Source of the DNA: Candidatus Heimdallarchaeum aukensis
GTDB taxonomy: Archaea > Asgardarchaeota > Heimdallarchaeia > Heimdallarchaeales > Heimdallarchaeaceae
Assembly (NCBI GenBank): GCA_021513695.1
Contig: CP084166.1
Span: 2,784,001 to 2,848,000 of the forward strand
Direction: 5' to 3'
Length of the DNA stretch: 64,000 bases
Below, one piece after another: positions 39,401 to 48,823 of the stretch (positions within the stretch are counted from its first letter, which is position 1; every line of letters starts with the position of its first letter). A program made the position numbers and the translations under genes. Under the pieces are notes generated by a model. That model was not told the origin of the DNA, did no database searches, and saw only the letters and a program-made list of their open reading frames with translations.

Positions 39401-39676
39401 CAAGAAGTAGAAATGGTAGATGATGGAACAGGAATCTACAGCGCTGAAATAGGTCCATTTGCTGCTGATACTGTTGTAGAGTTTTATATTACTGCAACAG
39501 ATATGACAGCTGCACAAAATGAAGCAACAGCAAATAATGGCGGAACAAACTATACAATTGAAATCAAAGGAAAAGGTGTTCTTGGAATTGGATTCAATTT
39601 TGTAGATGTTCTCATTATGGGTCTAGGATTGATCAGCATAGCTTCTCTCCTTACATTAGTAAAGAGAAAGAAATAA
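36485..39676 (+). CDS. large acidic, aromatic-rich secreted/cell-surface protein with a C-terminal TM anchor
   Basis: N-terminal signal-anchor (FLAIAIIIALFPIY). About 1000 aa rich in D/E/W/Y/G with repeated (D/E)GY..G(Y/W)(D/N) elements. An Ig/Fn3-like module lies near the C-terminus. A terminal hydrophobic helix is followed by KRKK. Confidence 0.6.
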   Translation: MGFELMKKRIFLAIAIIIALFPIYHSGVNTQATTQPVVNNNQITPEEIGVGSKLTYQITQFELGSGFDQLLQDITQDPEAPDIEFGYDGSLVGSEIWFYISLEDQLQFFQYNYSDWEWTKENITQKNVMQVLAGIKLSEDFSAFANLSQLNYPEDAVRQDEAYYYDSWPMSHFETPITSDDFWNPFNEGFIDGFNWGFSDEINEYDWAWFNWPSPDEYYDMYWFARDFGQMWGYDTGREAAMNARNENPGDPWGTAWNDANSASGAFKVGFLEGRDDGYNEGKDDYVNNNRIPDKTFSNPYDATNDITDIGKRRGYDAAWPVYYDAGYLYEGAQEYFNDRLYWELYCDTWDTYPGGYLDGFRDGYYTGVWDGQYDHDYGSYGDNFYPPEGYWDPRDEYQWGYNDGLAEGYQYGYDDGYNQVNDYEQYIWGMESYIWNAHEDGFQVGAQDYINNIGYDNSTFTLPFSSPADMYEEGANFIYEMMYPKAYDDGWKYAFLVDRDGDDLNWLMHEGPFYYMYLPDVILTLQSGSVLPVPTDMTMFKELNISMMDYEIDYDYGENTDLFTEHFTPFSIYAPESDWAELDTWDWAFDPESDMPGVATTIDGNIFEMVFYWEEESGDITFELTIRYDMTTGVLQYSGFSVDFTTEADMYINVAMEYESDTQINLPTPDPTSWSYLIDTFSFTYELPDDAPPEVIDGLNNFKNGGEDAVGNAFMDVDWIQHLGLWNEYNVTFKDPNNPTDASDPVTIMQPTLSPGIQILPDWDLWGGIMQTGDSYLAMSEWIGNAVDMLSDANPTFDAFRNELYYEVSSYHDSTNNIMYLYAGISGGYELRVEMLNGDWEWEETTVSLYFKLVLWTAYDYTTGIFLGAGVEGTIDETFTSNIPTSPQFTLYADIDIRIRADLISSITSITDILTFAEMPEKDTEAPIISDVTYSPDKPTEEDVITISANVTDDNGVCSVILHYKNDTSEWQEVEMVDDGTGIYSAEIGPFAADTVVEFYITATDMTAAQNEATANNGGTNYTIEIKGKGVLGIGFNFVDVLIMGLGLISIASLLTLVKRKK

Positions 39677-39730
39677 ACAATTTTTCTTTTTATTTTTCTT
39701 TTTTTATTCTTGTTTTTGTTCTCAATTACA
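39677..39730 (+). terminator. T-rich putative archaeal terminator
   Basis: Multiple oligo-T tracts (tttttctttttatttttctttttttattcttgtttttgtt) immediately after the stop. Confidence 0.3.
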
Positions 39731-39792
39731 TTAAGCTATAATTTCTAATAAAAATTGTAAAAAAATAAATATGAAAAATAGAATTAAGTGTC

Positions 39793-41250
39793 CTAAATAA
39801 ATGGATTCTTTACAAGTTTCAATGCCATTAGAGTTTTTAGTATTTTCATTCCAATTCTAATTTTGAAATCCATTTTTTTAGCGGCTACACTTAGTTTAGA
39901 AACACGAAAATAAGGAACCTCGTTGTTTAGTCCTTTTTTGCGTTCTTTGGAAATTAAATCAATGTTTTGAATAAGATCTGGTATTGTTCCTGAAATAGTT
40001 ATATCTTGAACAGGGAATGCTATCTCTCCATTTTTTATGTACCATCCAGAACCAGTAACAGAAAATCTTCCTGAGGAAAAGTCACTCATGTGTATTCCCA
40101 TGAAATTTTGTAACATAAAACCTTCTTTTGTTTCCTGTATCATCTCTTCTTTTGATGAATCACCTGGTTCGATTATGGTAGCATAACTGCCAATAGATGG
40201 AGATCTTTTCACAGGATTTCCACCAAAGAATCCTCCTCGTGTTGCTTTACCATTACTTTCCATGTTTAACTTGTTGGCATAATACGAATCTAAGTAGTAG
40301 GTTTGTAGTATTCCGTTCTTAATTAGAGTTGTTTTTTGAGTGGGTATTCCTTCAGCATCGTAGTTTGTACTTGTTATCATATCTGGATGAAGAGGGTCGT
40401 CAATTAAAGTGAAATTGTCAGCAGCTATCTTTTCTCCTATTTTATCAGAAAAGACCGTTTCTCCTCTTGAAGCCTTGTCACCTTTCAATAAATCTGTAAG
40501 TATCATAAACAATCCACCGAAAAGACCATATGATCCTTCTGGAGGAATAATAATAGGATATTCTCCTGATAAAGACAAAGTTTTAGGTTTTGCTACAGCT
40601 AGTGTTTTTTCAATGGCTGTTTTTGTTATTTCTTGTGGATCAATTTTTCCCCACTCTCTAGCACCTTCAAAATGAAAGTCATAGATTGGAAAACCATGGA
40701 TAGATAGAAATCCAATTCCAAGGCCATATCCTGCCTCTTGCTTGTAAATGTCTATTCCAGAAGTGTTTTTTAGAAAAGTTTCACCTGATCCTATATTTCC
40801 CATCGCAGCCAAGAAATACAGATTCTTGGGAAGATCGGTGGGAAGAAGCTGTTCAAAAGGTTTTACAGATTCGTCTATATTCATCTCTATGAATTTTTTA
40901 TCCAATTTAAGGGTATACTCTGCTTTTTTACTTTCTGGAAAAGGAACAATATCTGGGTCAGGTTTCTTGGTTTTGGCATTTTGAATAGCTGCTTTTACTG
41001 TTTGTTGAATGTCTTCACTTCGGAAGGAAGATGTATAAGCAAATCCATATGCATTATTTGCTATAACTCTAAAAGCTATTCCATGTAAAATTCCTAAATT
41101 ATGTTTAGGTTTATTTTTCTCTAATTCAAGATTAAATGTTCTTTCTAGAACTCCAAAACCTTCCGCGTGTTCTGCACCATTCTTTTTTGCATATTCTAAA
41201 CCAATATCTAGAGATTTTTGTATTTTTTCTTTTAAATCGTTACTTACCAT
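39793..41250 (-). CDS. PmbA/TldE-family metallopeptidase partner
   Basis: TldD/PmbA-fold length and motifs (GILHGIAFRVI...GYG.G). It is paired with the adjacent TldD-like gene. Confidence 0.7.
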   Translation of the reverse strand: MVSNDLKEKIQKSLDIGLEYAKKNGAEHAEGFGVLERTFNLELEKNKPKHNLGILHGIAFRVIANNAYGFAYTSSFRSEDIQQTVKAAIQNAKTKKPDPDIVPFPESKKAEYTLKLDKKFIEMNIDESVKPFEQLLPTDLPKNLYFLAAMGNIGSGETFLKNTSGIDIYKQEAGYGLGIGFLSIHGFPIYDFHFEGAREWGKIDPQEITKTAIEKTLAVAKPKTLSLSGEYPIIIPPEGSYGLFGGLFMILTDLLKGDKASRGETVFSDKIGEKIAADNFTLIDDPLHPDMITSTNYDAEGIPTQKTTLIKNGILQTYYLDSYYANKLNMESNGKATRGGFFGGNPVKRSPSIGSYATIIEPGDSSKEEMIQETKEGFMLQNFMGIHMSDFSSGRFSVTGSGWYIKNGEIAFPVQDITISGTIPDLIQNIDLISKERKKGLNNEVPYFRVSKLSVAAKKMDFKIRIGMKILKTLMALKLVKNPFI

Positions 41251-41259
41251 TTAATTCAC

Positions 41260-42702
41260 CTATCCTACAACAATGTTTTTTACTGCGAGCCAACCTCCAG
41301 AGACACCAACAGGTGCAGATTGACCATCTTTTCCACAAAAGCCTATACTATCTAATGGGTTCTCAAATTCTGGAGAAACGCCAATTATTTTGTTTAAAGT
41401 CTCTAAAGTATTCCCAGCTAAAGTGGTAGGACGATATCTTTTTCCTATTTCACCCTTTTCGATTTTATACAATTCTGCGACTCCAAAATTGAAAGTACCT
41501 TTTATAGGATCTACTTGTCCTCCTCCACCTTGCATAAGGAGAAAACCTTCTTTAGTTAATTCTAGTAACTCTTCAGGTTTCATTGGGTCTTTTGCTGGAG
41601 CAATATAAGTATTAGTCATTCTTACAATTTGAGGAACATTGTAAACCTCTGCTCTTGCATTGCCTGTAGGTTTGAGATCAAAATGCGCAGCTGTAGCTCT
41701 GTCAGTAAGGTATGTTTCAAGAATTCCGTTTCTTATGATGTAAGTTTTCTGACCAGGTACTCCCTCATCATCATATTTAATATAACCAAAGGTGTTGATA
41801 CCGTTAGACTTAATCATTGAACCATCATCTATAAGATTTACAACAGGATTAGCTATCCTTTTTCCTAGTTTGTTTCGAAAAACTCCAGCTACCTGAACAA
41901 AATCTCCTTCTGCTGAATGTCCTGCAGCTTCGTGGGCGAATAAGTGGTTAATTGTACCATCTAAAACTACAGGATATCTCCCAGATTTAACTTTAGGGGC
42001 TTTTAACCCCTCTATTGCTCTCTCCTTTGCTTGTTTTCCTGTTTCTTCTGGAGAACGAATATCAAATAATTCAAGTCCGCCTATATGTCCAATTCTACTT
42101 CTACCTTCAATTGTTTCTGTTCCTTCTCTAGCAACGCTTGTGCAGCCCATCATTACATAAGGAACTTGATATTCAATTCTCAATCCTTCAGTAGTAACAA
42201 GAATTTGGTCTCTCATGATTTCACGATACATGGTTTTACGAGATTTTATTCTCTCGTCTTCTTGAGCTTTATCTGCTTCAAGAGTCAATTTTATTTTTTC
42301 ATCAAAACCAAAGTCTTTAATCTTCTTTTTTTGTTCTCCGATAAATTTATCTTTAACGATCTTGATTTCAGCAAGTTTAATGTCTTCCTTCTTTTGTTTA
42401 ATGTTTAACTTGTTGGCTTGTAAAGCCATGGACACTACTTCTTCATACTTCTCAAAAGGACCATATGCAAAACCCCAAGCATTTTGGTTAAGAACTCTTA
42501 CTCCAATTCCTGATTCTATTCCAGTACTTGAAGTTTCAATTCTACCGTTGACAGCTTTTATTTCTGTCATAAGAGAACTTTCTGCTCGAATGTCTGCATA
42601 GGTTACTCCTTTTTCCTCTAAAATTTTTAAAACTTTAGAAATTGTTTCTTCTCGCATTGTAATCAGATGTAACTCAGAATATTCATTAATAAACATATTC
42701 AA
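41260..42702 (-). CDS. TldD-family metalloprotease
   Basis: HExxxH-type motif LFAHEAAGHSAEGD, plus GVRVL...GFAY and a C-terminal GxC motif. Confidence 0.75.
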   Translation of the reverse strand: MNMFINEYSELHLITMREETISKVLKILEEKGVTYADIRAESSLMTEIKAVNGRIETSSTGIESGIGVRVLNQNAWGFAYGPFEKYEEVVSMALQANKLNIKQKKEDIKLAEIKIVKDKFIGEQKKKIKDFGFDEKIKLTLEADKAQEDERIKSRKTMYREIMRDQILVTTEGLRIEYQVPYVMMGCTSVAREGTETIEGRSRIGHIGGLELFDIRSPEETGKQAKERAIEGLKAPKVKSGRYPVVLDGTINHLFAHEAAGHSAEGDFVQVAGVFRNKLGKRIANPVVNLIDDGSMIKSNGINTFGYIKYDDEGVPGQKTYIIRNGILETYLTDRATAAHFDLKPTGNARAEVYNVPQIVRMTNTYIAPAKDPMKPEELLELTKEGFLLMQGGGGQVDPIKGTFNFGVAELYKIEKGEIGKRYRPTTLAGNTLETLNKIIGVSPEFENPLDSIGFCGKDGQSAPVGVSGGWLAVKNIVVG

Positions 42703-42762
42703 ACATTTTTGATATCATTGGAAAGATTAATCTACTAGGTATTTTATTTAATCACGAATAAA

Positions 42763-43479
42763 ATGAGCCAAAATCAACATATTGATATTGTAAAAAATTA
42801 CAACAACGTGTTATCTAATATCGAAAAAAGCGCAAAGAAAGCAGGCCGAGACCCTTCTGAGATTACATTAGTTGGAGTCACAAAGAGAATAGAGATTGAA
42901 AGAATTATTCCAGTTTTAAAAGAAGGATTAAAAATAATTGGAGAGATAGTTGGAAAAGAACTAAAACAGAAAATTGATGTGTTAAAACAAAATAATGCTA
43001 CTATTCATGTTATTGGAAAATTACAATCAAATAAAGTTAAGTTCGCTGTAGAAAAATGTGATCTTGTTCAATCCGTTCATAATGAAAAAATACTTTCCTT
43101 AATTAATAAAAGAGCTAAAATGAATAAGAAAGTTTTTCCAATATTTTTACAGATCGATTTTAGTAATCTTGAAGTTAGGAAAGGGTTAAACCTCGAAGAA
43201 ACAAAAAAAATTATTCGTTTAATTAATACTAAATACAATAATGTAGAAATACAAGGTTTTATGACTATTGCTCCTTTGCAGTACATGGAAAATAAAAAGA
43301 TACTAGCGAAATTCTTCCAAAAAACAAGAGAATATGTTGATAACGAATTAGCTCCAATGATAGAATATGATAACTTACAACTCTCAATGGGTATGACAGA
43401 TGCATACCAACTCGCAATTGAAAATGGCTCAACAATGGTTAGAGTTGGAACAGCGATATTTGGGCCTCGGAATAAGTAA
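42763..43479 (+). CDS. YggS/PLPHP-family pyridoxal-phosphate homeostasis protein
   Basis: LVGVTKR (PLP Lys), HVIGKLQSNKVK, FLQIDFS and EIQGFMTIAP match the YggS consensus. Confidence 0.75.
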   Translation: MSQNQHIDIVKNYNNVLSNIEKSAKKAGRDPSEITLVGVTKRIEIERIIPVLKEGLKIIGEIVGKELKQKIDVLKQNNATIHVIGKLQSNKVKFAVEKCDLVQSVHNEKILSLINKRAKMNKKVFPIFLQIDFSNLEVRKGLNLEETKKIIRLINTKYNNVEIQGFMTIAPLQYMENKKILAKFFQKTREYVDNELAPMIEYDNLQLSMGMTDAYQLAIENGSTMVRVGTAIFGPRNK

Positions 43480-43559
43480 TTGCTGATTTATGTTTAAGAG
43501 TATTATTTTTATAACAGTAATTCATTATCTTTTAATAGTAGTTAAAGTAGGTTTAATCA

Positions 43560-44774
43560 ATGGCAATCTGGAGATTAATAAAAAATTCCATAAGATTCGC
43601 TTTCAGAGCAAAAAAAAGATGGGTAACTTTTGTTATTATATTTGCTCTCTTGTCAGCTTTTGTAACACTTTTTGTAAGTACTTTCAATGGTTATACAACA
43701 GAAAAATTAATGTCTCAGAAAGGGTTTTATATTAAAGCTGCAGGAACAAGTGAAAACACAGGTACAGTAACTGAGCAACAAGGAATTAACTTCCGCAATG
43801 ACATAATTGCTCTTCCTCAAGTAGAAAAAGTAACTCTATTTCGTTATTTTGATTTAGGGGATTCAATACGTATTTTCAGTGTTGAACCTGATTCACGATG
43901 GATGTTTTTAGAAGCAAAACCTTCAAAGATTGTGGATGGTAAATATATTACAAAAAATAATGAAGCTTTAGTTTCTCTTGACGCGTCAATTACTGCAGAT
44001 ATTGGAAATTTATCAGCATCATTGACTGCAACATTACATAGAGGAGAGGTGTTAAGTTTCAAAAAGGATAACAATGAACTTGATATAGCTATTGTTGGAG
44101 AAATAGAAGATACAATAAACGCTCCAGGAAAATTTAAGTTATTTGTATCGGATACAACTTTTGATCAAATCCAAGAGTATTATAGTGACAATTCTCCAGT
44201 ATTTTGCTATAGTATCGCTATTTTAGTTAAAGGGGACTTGTTTAAACCATTCAATCATGATATAAAGAATAATATTGAAGCTCTTTCTCCCCAAACAAGT
44301 ATAATATGGATTAATCCTGATGACCCTGTAGAAACAAGTCAATATGGTGTGTGGGGAGAACCCATTGTTCCAGATGCTAGAGCATCAGAAAAGCAAAGGT
44401 TAACTGACTTTTTATATTTCTTTGTAGGCATTCTAGGGGGTATGGTTCTTGTTCTTCTGTATAATGCCTTAATTGTATGGTTTAGAAAAAGAGAGATAGC
44501 TGTTTTACGTGCAATGGGCTATAAGAAAAGAGAAATAAGAATAAACTTGCTAGGTGAAAGCTTAACGATAAGTTTGTTAGGTTTCATAATTGGTCTTTCA
44601 GCTATGTTAATTTATTTCTGGACACAAGGATTCACTTTTACAAATCAAGTAATCACACCACTGACATTATTGATGTCATTTGGTATTGTAGTAGGGTTGT
44701 CAATTCCAGGATTATTAATTGCAAGTGTATCTTTTACAAGAGTTAATCCGATTCTATTGTTTAAAGCAAGGTGA
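43560..44774 (+). CDS. ABC transporter permease, FtsX/MacB-like
   Basis: N-terminal TM, a large periplasmic-type domain, and a C-terminal 3-TM FtsX-like bundle. It overlaps the ATPase gene (ATGA-type coupling). Confidence 0.65.
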   Translation: MAIWRLIKNSIRFAFRAKKRWVTFVIIFALLSAFVTLFVSTFNGYTTEKLMSQKGFYIKAAGTSENTGTVTEQQGINFRNDIIALPQVEKVTLFRYFDLGDSIRIFSVEPDSRWMFLEAKPSKIVDGKYITKNNEALVSLDASITADIGNLSASLTATLHRGEVLSFKKDNNELDIAIVGEIEDTINAPGKFKLFVSDTTFDQIQEYYSDNSPVFCYSIAILVKGDLFKPFNHDIKNNIEALSPQTSIIWINPDDPVETSQYGVWGEPIVPDARASEKQRLTDFLYFFVGILGGMVLVLLYNALIVWFRKREIAVLRAMGYKKREIRINLLGESLTISLLGFIIGLSAMLIYFWTQGFTFTNQVITPLTLLMSFGIVVGLSIPGLLIASVSFTRVNPILLFKAR

Positions 44775-45526
44775 AAAAAGTGAGTAGTAATGCAATATTA
44801 AGGTGTGAAAAGGTAACAAAAATTTACCGCAGAGGGCGTTCAGAATCAGTTCATGCTTTGAAAGATATAGATCTCGAAATTCGTCCTGGAGAAATAATAA
44901 TGATCGCTGGTCCTTCTGGTTCAGGAAAAACAACATTACTGAATGTTCTTTCTGGTCTAGATAAACCAACAAAAGGAAAAATATTGTTTAACGTTGCTAA
45001 GGCAAGTGAAAAATTCAAGGTAAAGGGACTAGATGAAGAAACAATCAAAAAACAAAAGTTTATAGATATTACCCAATGGGATGAAAAACAATTAACAGAG
45101 TACAGAAGATATAATGTTGGGTTCATTTTTCAAGCTTGGGAATTGATACCTACATTAAAAGCTATAGAAAATGTTGAATCAAGCCTCTATCCTTTAGATA
45201 TTCCTATAGGAGAAATCAGAGATAGAGCAAAGAAACTGTTTCGAAAAGTGCAACTATTTGACAAAGAAAATGCTTTTCCAGATCAACTTAGTGGAGGAGA
45301 GCAACAAAGAGTAGCGATATGTAGAGCATTAATTAAAGAGCCAAAAATAGTATTTGCAGATGAACCTACTGGAAACCTAGATAGTGAGACTGGAGAGCAA
45401 ATCTTAAGACAAATGAAGTTAATTAGTAGAGAAGGAGCTGCAGTAGTACTCTCTACTCACAATCTAGAATTAAGAAAGTTTGCTGATAGAGTTATTCGAC
45501 TACATGATGGTCAAATAACTTATTAA
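44771..45526 (+). CDS. ABC transporter ATP-binding protein (MacB/LolD-like)
   Basis: Walker [10 protein letters not shown], signature [15 protein letters not shown], Walker [13 protein letters not shown] and H-loop STHN. A ~35-aa insertion lies between Walker A and the Q-loop. Confidence 0.85.
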   Translation: MKKVSSNAILRCEKVTKIYRRGRSESVHALKDIDLEIRPGEIIMIAGPSGSGKTTLLNVLSGLDKPTKGKILFNVAKASEKFKVKGLDEETIKKQKFIDITQWDEKQLTEYRRYNVGFIFQAWELIPTLKAIENVESSLYPLDIPIGEIRDRAKKLFRKVQLFDKENAFPDQLSGGEQQRVAICRALIKEPKIVFADEPTGNLDSETGEQILRQMKLISREGAAVVLSTHNLELRKFADRVIRLHDGQITY

Positions 45527-45533
45527 ATTATAA

Positions 45534-47171
45534 ATGGAAGTGAAAAAGATGAGTAATATATTTTTAAAACTAATCAGCAGTGATTTTGCTGGAGAGGAAA
45601 GAGAAAAAGTAGAATATTCTGCAATAGTTGGATTTGCTTTAGACCACTTCAATAAGGGAGAACAGTTAGAAGGTATCTACATGTGTTACCTCCCCTTTTT
45701 TGGAATAAGGGTAAATGAATCAAACTTTGCAATTATTAATGCATTGGATAAAGGAAAGAATCAGCTATCAGTAAATAAAATTCCTGATTCTTCCGACATA
45801 AAGAAAATATTAAGTTCAGATATTTCGATACAAGAAAAATATAAGCAAATTGAATCTAAGCTTCTAAGAAAGAATGTAGAAACAATAGAAGTAAATGGAA
45901 TTCTGAATAGAGATGGAATACAAGGATTAGCTAAACTTTTACCACAACATACAGGAACAGCTGATAATAATTACAAGAAATTAAGTCCTATAATCTCTAG
46001 AGAGGAAGTAACTAACCAGATTCGTAAACTTCAAAATTATATTTTATCCGATATTGAAGTGGAAGAAAGAATAAATGCATTCTTAGAAGATCTTGAGATA
46101 GCAATAACTAAAGAAATCGAGAAGTTAAAGAAAGAGAGAGTAAACACAGAGAAAAAGTATGATGAAAAAATAGCTAAAAAGAAAGCAGAAATTCAACAAA
46201 AACTCAAAGAGATGGAGGTAGAAGAAAAAGCAGAACATGCTAAAATAGATAAAGAAGTAGCAAAAAATCAAGCTAATGTAATAAAAAGTTTACAATCTGA
46301 CACTAGATGGAAGCAATATGAGAATGATATCAAAACTCTAGCATCAAATTATACCAAATTTTTAGCAAAAATTAATGCTGCTAAAGATGAAACTGACTTA
46401 GAACAACTAGTGAGAGAGATAGATAATCTTCAACAAGATGTTCAATCAATAGGTGTAGGTTTAAATTCTGCTTTATCTGAAGTGAAAAACAGACATCTTG
46501 AATACGGAGATTATGAGCAACAAGGAGCAGTAGATAAGAGAAATATTTCAGAAAGACTAGAATCTTTAAGAGAAGAAGAAAGAACAGCATATAATTCAAT
46601 TGAAAATGAAAAAGAAACAGCTTTACAAGATATCGATAGAGAGATTAATGATGCCAAATCCATACTTAAAGACCTAAAAAACAAAAAGAAAGATCTTAAA
46701 AAACAAATTATGCAAAATTATGAAATGCGGGGAACTGATTTTACCTTAAACGCAGATGTATTAGGAGTAGAATCTTCAGTTAATAGTATGAATATATATG
46801 TTCCCCTAGCTATTGCTCGATATAAATACAAGAATAAACTAGGGCACATAGTTATTCCTCCATTTGAAATAGCAAACAATATGAGTAAACCAAAGAAATT
46901 AGCTCTCGTAGGAATAAATGGTAATATAGGGTTTGATTGTATAGGTATTTCCTTACTTTCAAAGGTAAAAAGAAACTTAGAATACTTACTAGATGAAAAC
47001 CAAAATTTGCAAAATGAAATAATAGGAAACAACAATGAAGTAATAGAGACTGGAGACCTGAATAAAATTAATGATGGTGTAGAACTTTTAGAACAGAAAA
47101 AGAAATGGAAAGACAAACATTCTGATAAAATTATACTTCAATATAGAAAAGTTAGAAGCTCAAGGGCCTAA
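45534..47171 (+). CDS. hypothetical coiled-coil protein (545 aa)
   Basis: Long K/E-rich heptad regions with a globular C-terminal segment. It starts 8 nt after the ABC ATPase stop. Confidence 0.45.
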   Translation: MEVKKMSNIFLKLISSDFAGEEREKVEYSAIVGFALDHFNKGEQLEGIYMCYLPFFGIRVNESNFAIINALDKGKNQLSVNKIPDSSDIKKILSSDISIQEKYKQIESKLLRKNVETIEVNGILNRDGIQGLAKLLPQHTGTADNNYKKLSPIISREEVTNQIRKLQNYILSDIEVEERINAFLEDLEIAITKEIEKLKKERVNTEKKYDEKIAKKKAEIQQKLKEMEVEEKAEHAKIDKEVAKNQANVIKSLQSDTRWKQYENDIKTLASNYTKFLAKINAAKDETDLEQLVREIDNLQQDVQSIGVGLNSALSEVKNRHLEYGDYEQQGAVDKRNISERLESLREEERTAYNSIENEKETALQDIDREINDAKSILKDLKNKKKDLKKQIMQNYEMRGTDFTLNADVLGVESSVNSMNIYVPLAIARYKYKNKLGHIVIPPFEIANNMSKPKKLALVGINGNIGFDCIGISLLSKVKRNLEYLLDENQNLQNEIIGNNNEVIETGDLNKINDGVELLEQKKKWKDKHSDKIILQYRKVRSSRA

Positions 47172-47334
47172 TTTTTTTACTTTTTACATTACAATGAAAA
47201 GTTCTTTTTAATTCTTTTTTTAAAAATAGATTATAATTTAATCCAGAATACTCTTATATCTTAATTTTCTATTTTTTCCCATAAGCTCCAAAACAAAGGT
47301 TCAAAAACCTAGTAAGAAGCGTTAATCCTAGAGG

Positions 47335-48255
47335 ATGAAATTTACAAAATTTATTTTTAGTACTCTTAATCTCTCTAGAGAATATTTAGAATCAATTTTT
47401 TCATTAGCAAGCAAAATAGAACAAAACCCTGAAAATTACTTAAACAAGTGCAATGGTAAAATATTGGCAATTCTTTTTTTTGAGCCTAGTACAAGAACAA
47501 TGTTATCTTTTGAAAGTGCAATGTTAAGATTAGGAGGGTCAATATTAGGTTTTGCAAGTGGTAAAACAAGTAGTTCAGCAAAAGGAGAAACAATAGCTGA
47601 TACGCTAAGGATGATTAACGGCTATGCTGATATTGCAGTTATAAGACATTACTTGGAAGGAGTTGGAGAAATAGCTAAAAAATATTCGTCAATACCTGTT
47701 ATCTCAGGAGGAACAGGAACACAAGCTCATCCTACACAAGCAATGTTAGATCTTTATACTATAAAAAAAGCATTTGGTAAAATTGATGGACTTAAAATCG
47801 CTTTAATGGGTGACCTAAAATATGGAAGAACAATTCCTTCTCTTCTATATGGTTTAGCAAAATATGATGATGTTACTCTGTATTTGATATCTCCTAAAGA
47901 GTTAAAGATACGAAGTCATGTAAGACAAAGGTTGAATGGCTTTAATCTAAAATTTTATGAAATAGATGATATCTCTCAAATAATTGATGAATTAGATGTG
48001 TTATATGTTACCAGAATCCAAAAAGAAAGATTTCCAGATCAGCTGGACTATGAAAGGCTAAAGAGTTCATACAAAATATCTCCTGAAACGCTAAACAATG
48101 TAAAGGACTCTTTTATTTTGCTACACCCTCTTCCTCGAGTTGATGAGATAACTCCTGAAGTGGATAGCTTACCTTGTGCAAAATATTTTGAACAGGCAAA
48201 AAATGGAGTATTTGTAAGAATGGCATTAATCCTTAATTTGCTCGGAGTTGAATGA
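47335..48255 (+). CDS. pyrB: aspartate carbamoyltransferase catalytic subunit
   Basis: FFEPSTRT, HPTQAML and HPLP motifs. Confidence 0.9.
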   Translation: MKFTKFIFSTLNLSREYLESIFSLASKIEQNPENYLNKCNGKILAILFFEPSTRTMLSFESAMLRLGGSILGFASGKTSSSAKGETIADTLRMINGYADIAVIRHYLEGVGEIAKKYSSIPVISGGTGTQAHPTQAMLDLYTIKKAFGKIDGLKIALMGDLKYGRTIPSLLYGLAKYDDVTLYLISPKELKIRSHVRQRLNGFNLKFYEIDDISQIIDELDVLYVTRIQKERFPDQLDYERLKSSYKISPETLNNVKDSFILLHPLPRVDEITPEVDSLPCAKYFEQAKNGVFVRMALILNLLGVE

Positions 48256-48730
48256 AATGGAAACAGTAGAAGAAAAAAAACTAATTGTAACAAAAATAAA
48301 AGAAGGAACAGTTATAGATCGAATTCCTCCAGGAAAAGCTCTAAAAGTTTTACATGTTCTTGGTATTAATGATAATTATCCTTATACAGTTGCTTTGGCG
48401 ATGAGGGTTAAATCAAAAAAGATGCAATTAAAAGATATAGTAAAAATTAAGGGTAAAATGTTAACTTCCGAAGAAAGCCAAAAATTGTCTCTCATAGCAC
48501 CAAACGCAGTTGTAAACATCATTAATGATTACAAAGTAGAAAAGAAGATAGTACTTGAAATTCCCGAGCAAGTTAGTGAAATAATAAAATGTTTAAACCC
48601 AAACTGCGTTACCAATAATAGAGAACCTGTTTTTCCTAGTTTTTCTGTTATATCTAAAGAACCCTTAATTCTTCAATGTAAATATTGTGACCGATTACTT
48701 GAGGGACAGAACCTTTCTGAACAACTATAG
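48248..48730 (+). CDS. pyrI: aspartate carbamoyltransferase regulatory subunit
   Basis: GTVIDRIP and the C-terminal zinc domain CLNPNC...CKYC. It overlaps pyrB by 8 nt. Confidence 0.85.
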   Translation: MNEMETVEEKKLIVTKIKEGTVIDRIPPGKALKVLHVLGINDNYPYTVALAMRVKSKKMQLKDIVKIKGKMLTSEESQKLSLIAPNAVVNIINDYKVEKKIVLEIPEQVSEIIKCLNPNCVTNNREPVFPSFSVISKEPLILQCKYCDRLLEGQNLSEQL

Positions 48731-48823
48731 TAAAAGAAAAGAAAAAGAAGATCTAAAACAATATAGAGCAGAAAAAAAGAAAAAATTTTTCTCTTTTTTA
48801 TTACACTACACCTTAAACTTGTC

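Noticed and set aside
43490-43735. 81-aa ORF overlapping the start of the ABC permease gene.
   Set aside because: It is out of frame with and mostly inside the better-supported 43560..44774 permease ORF, and it has no motifs.
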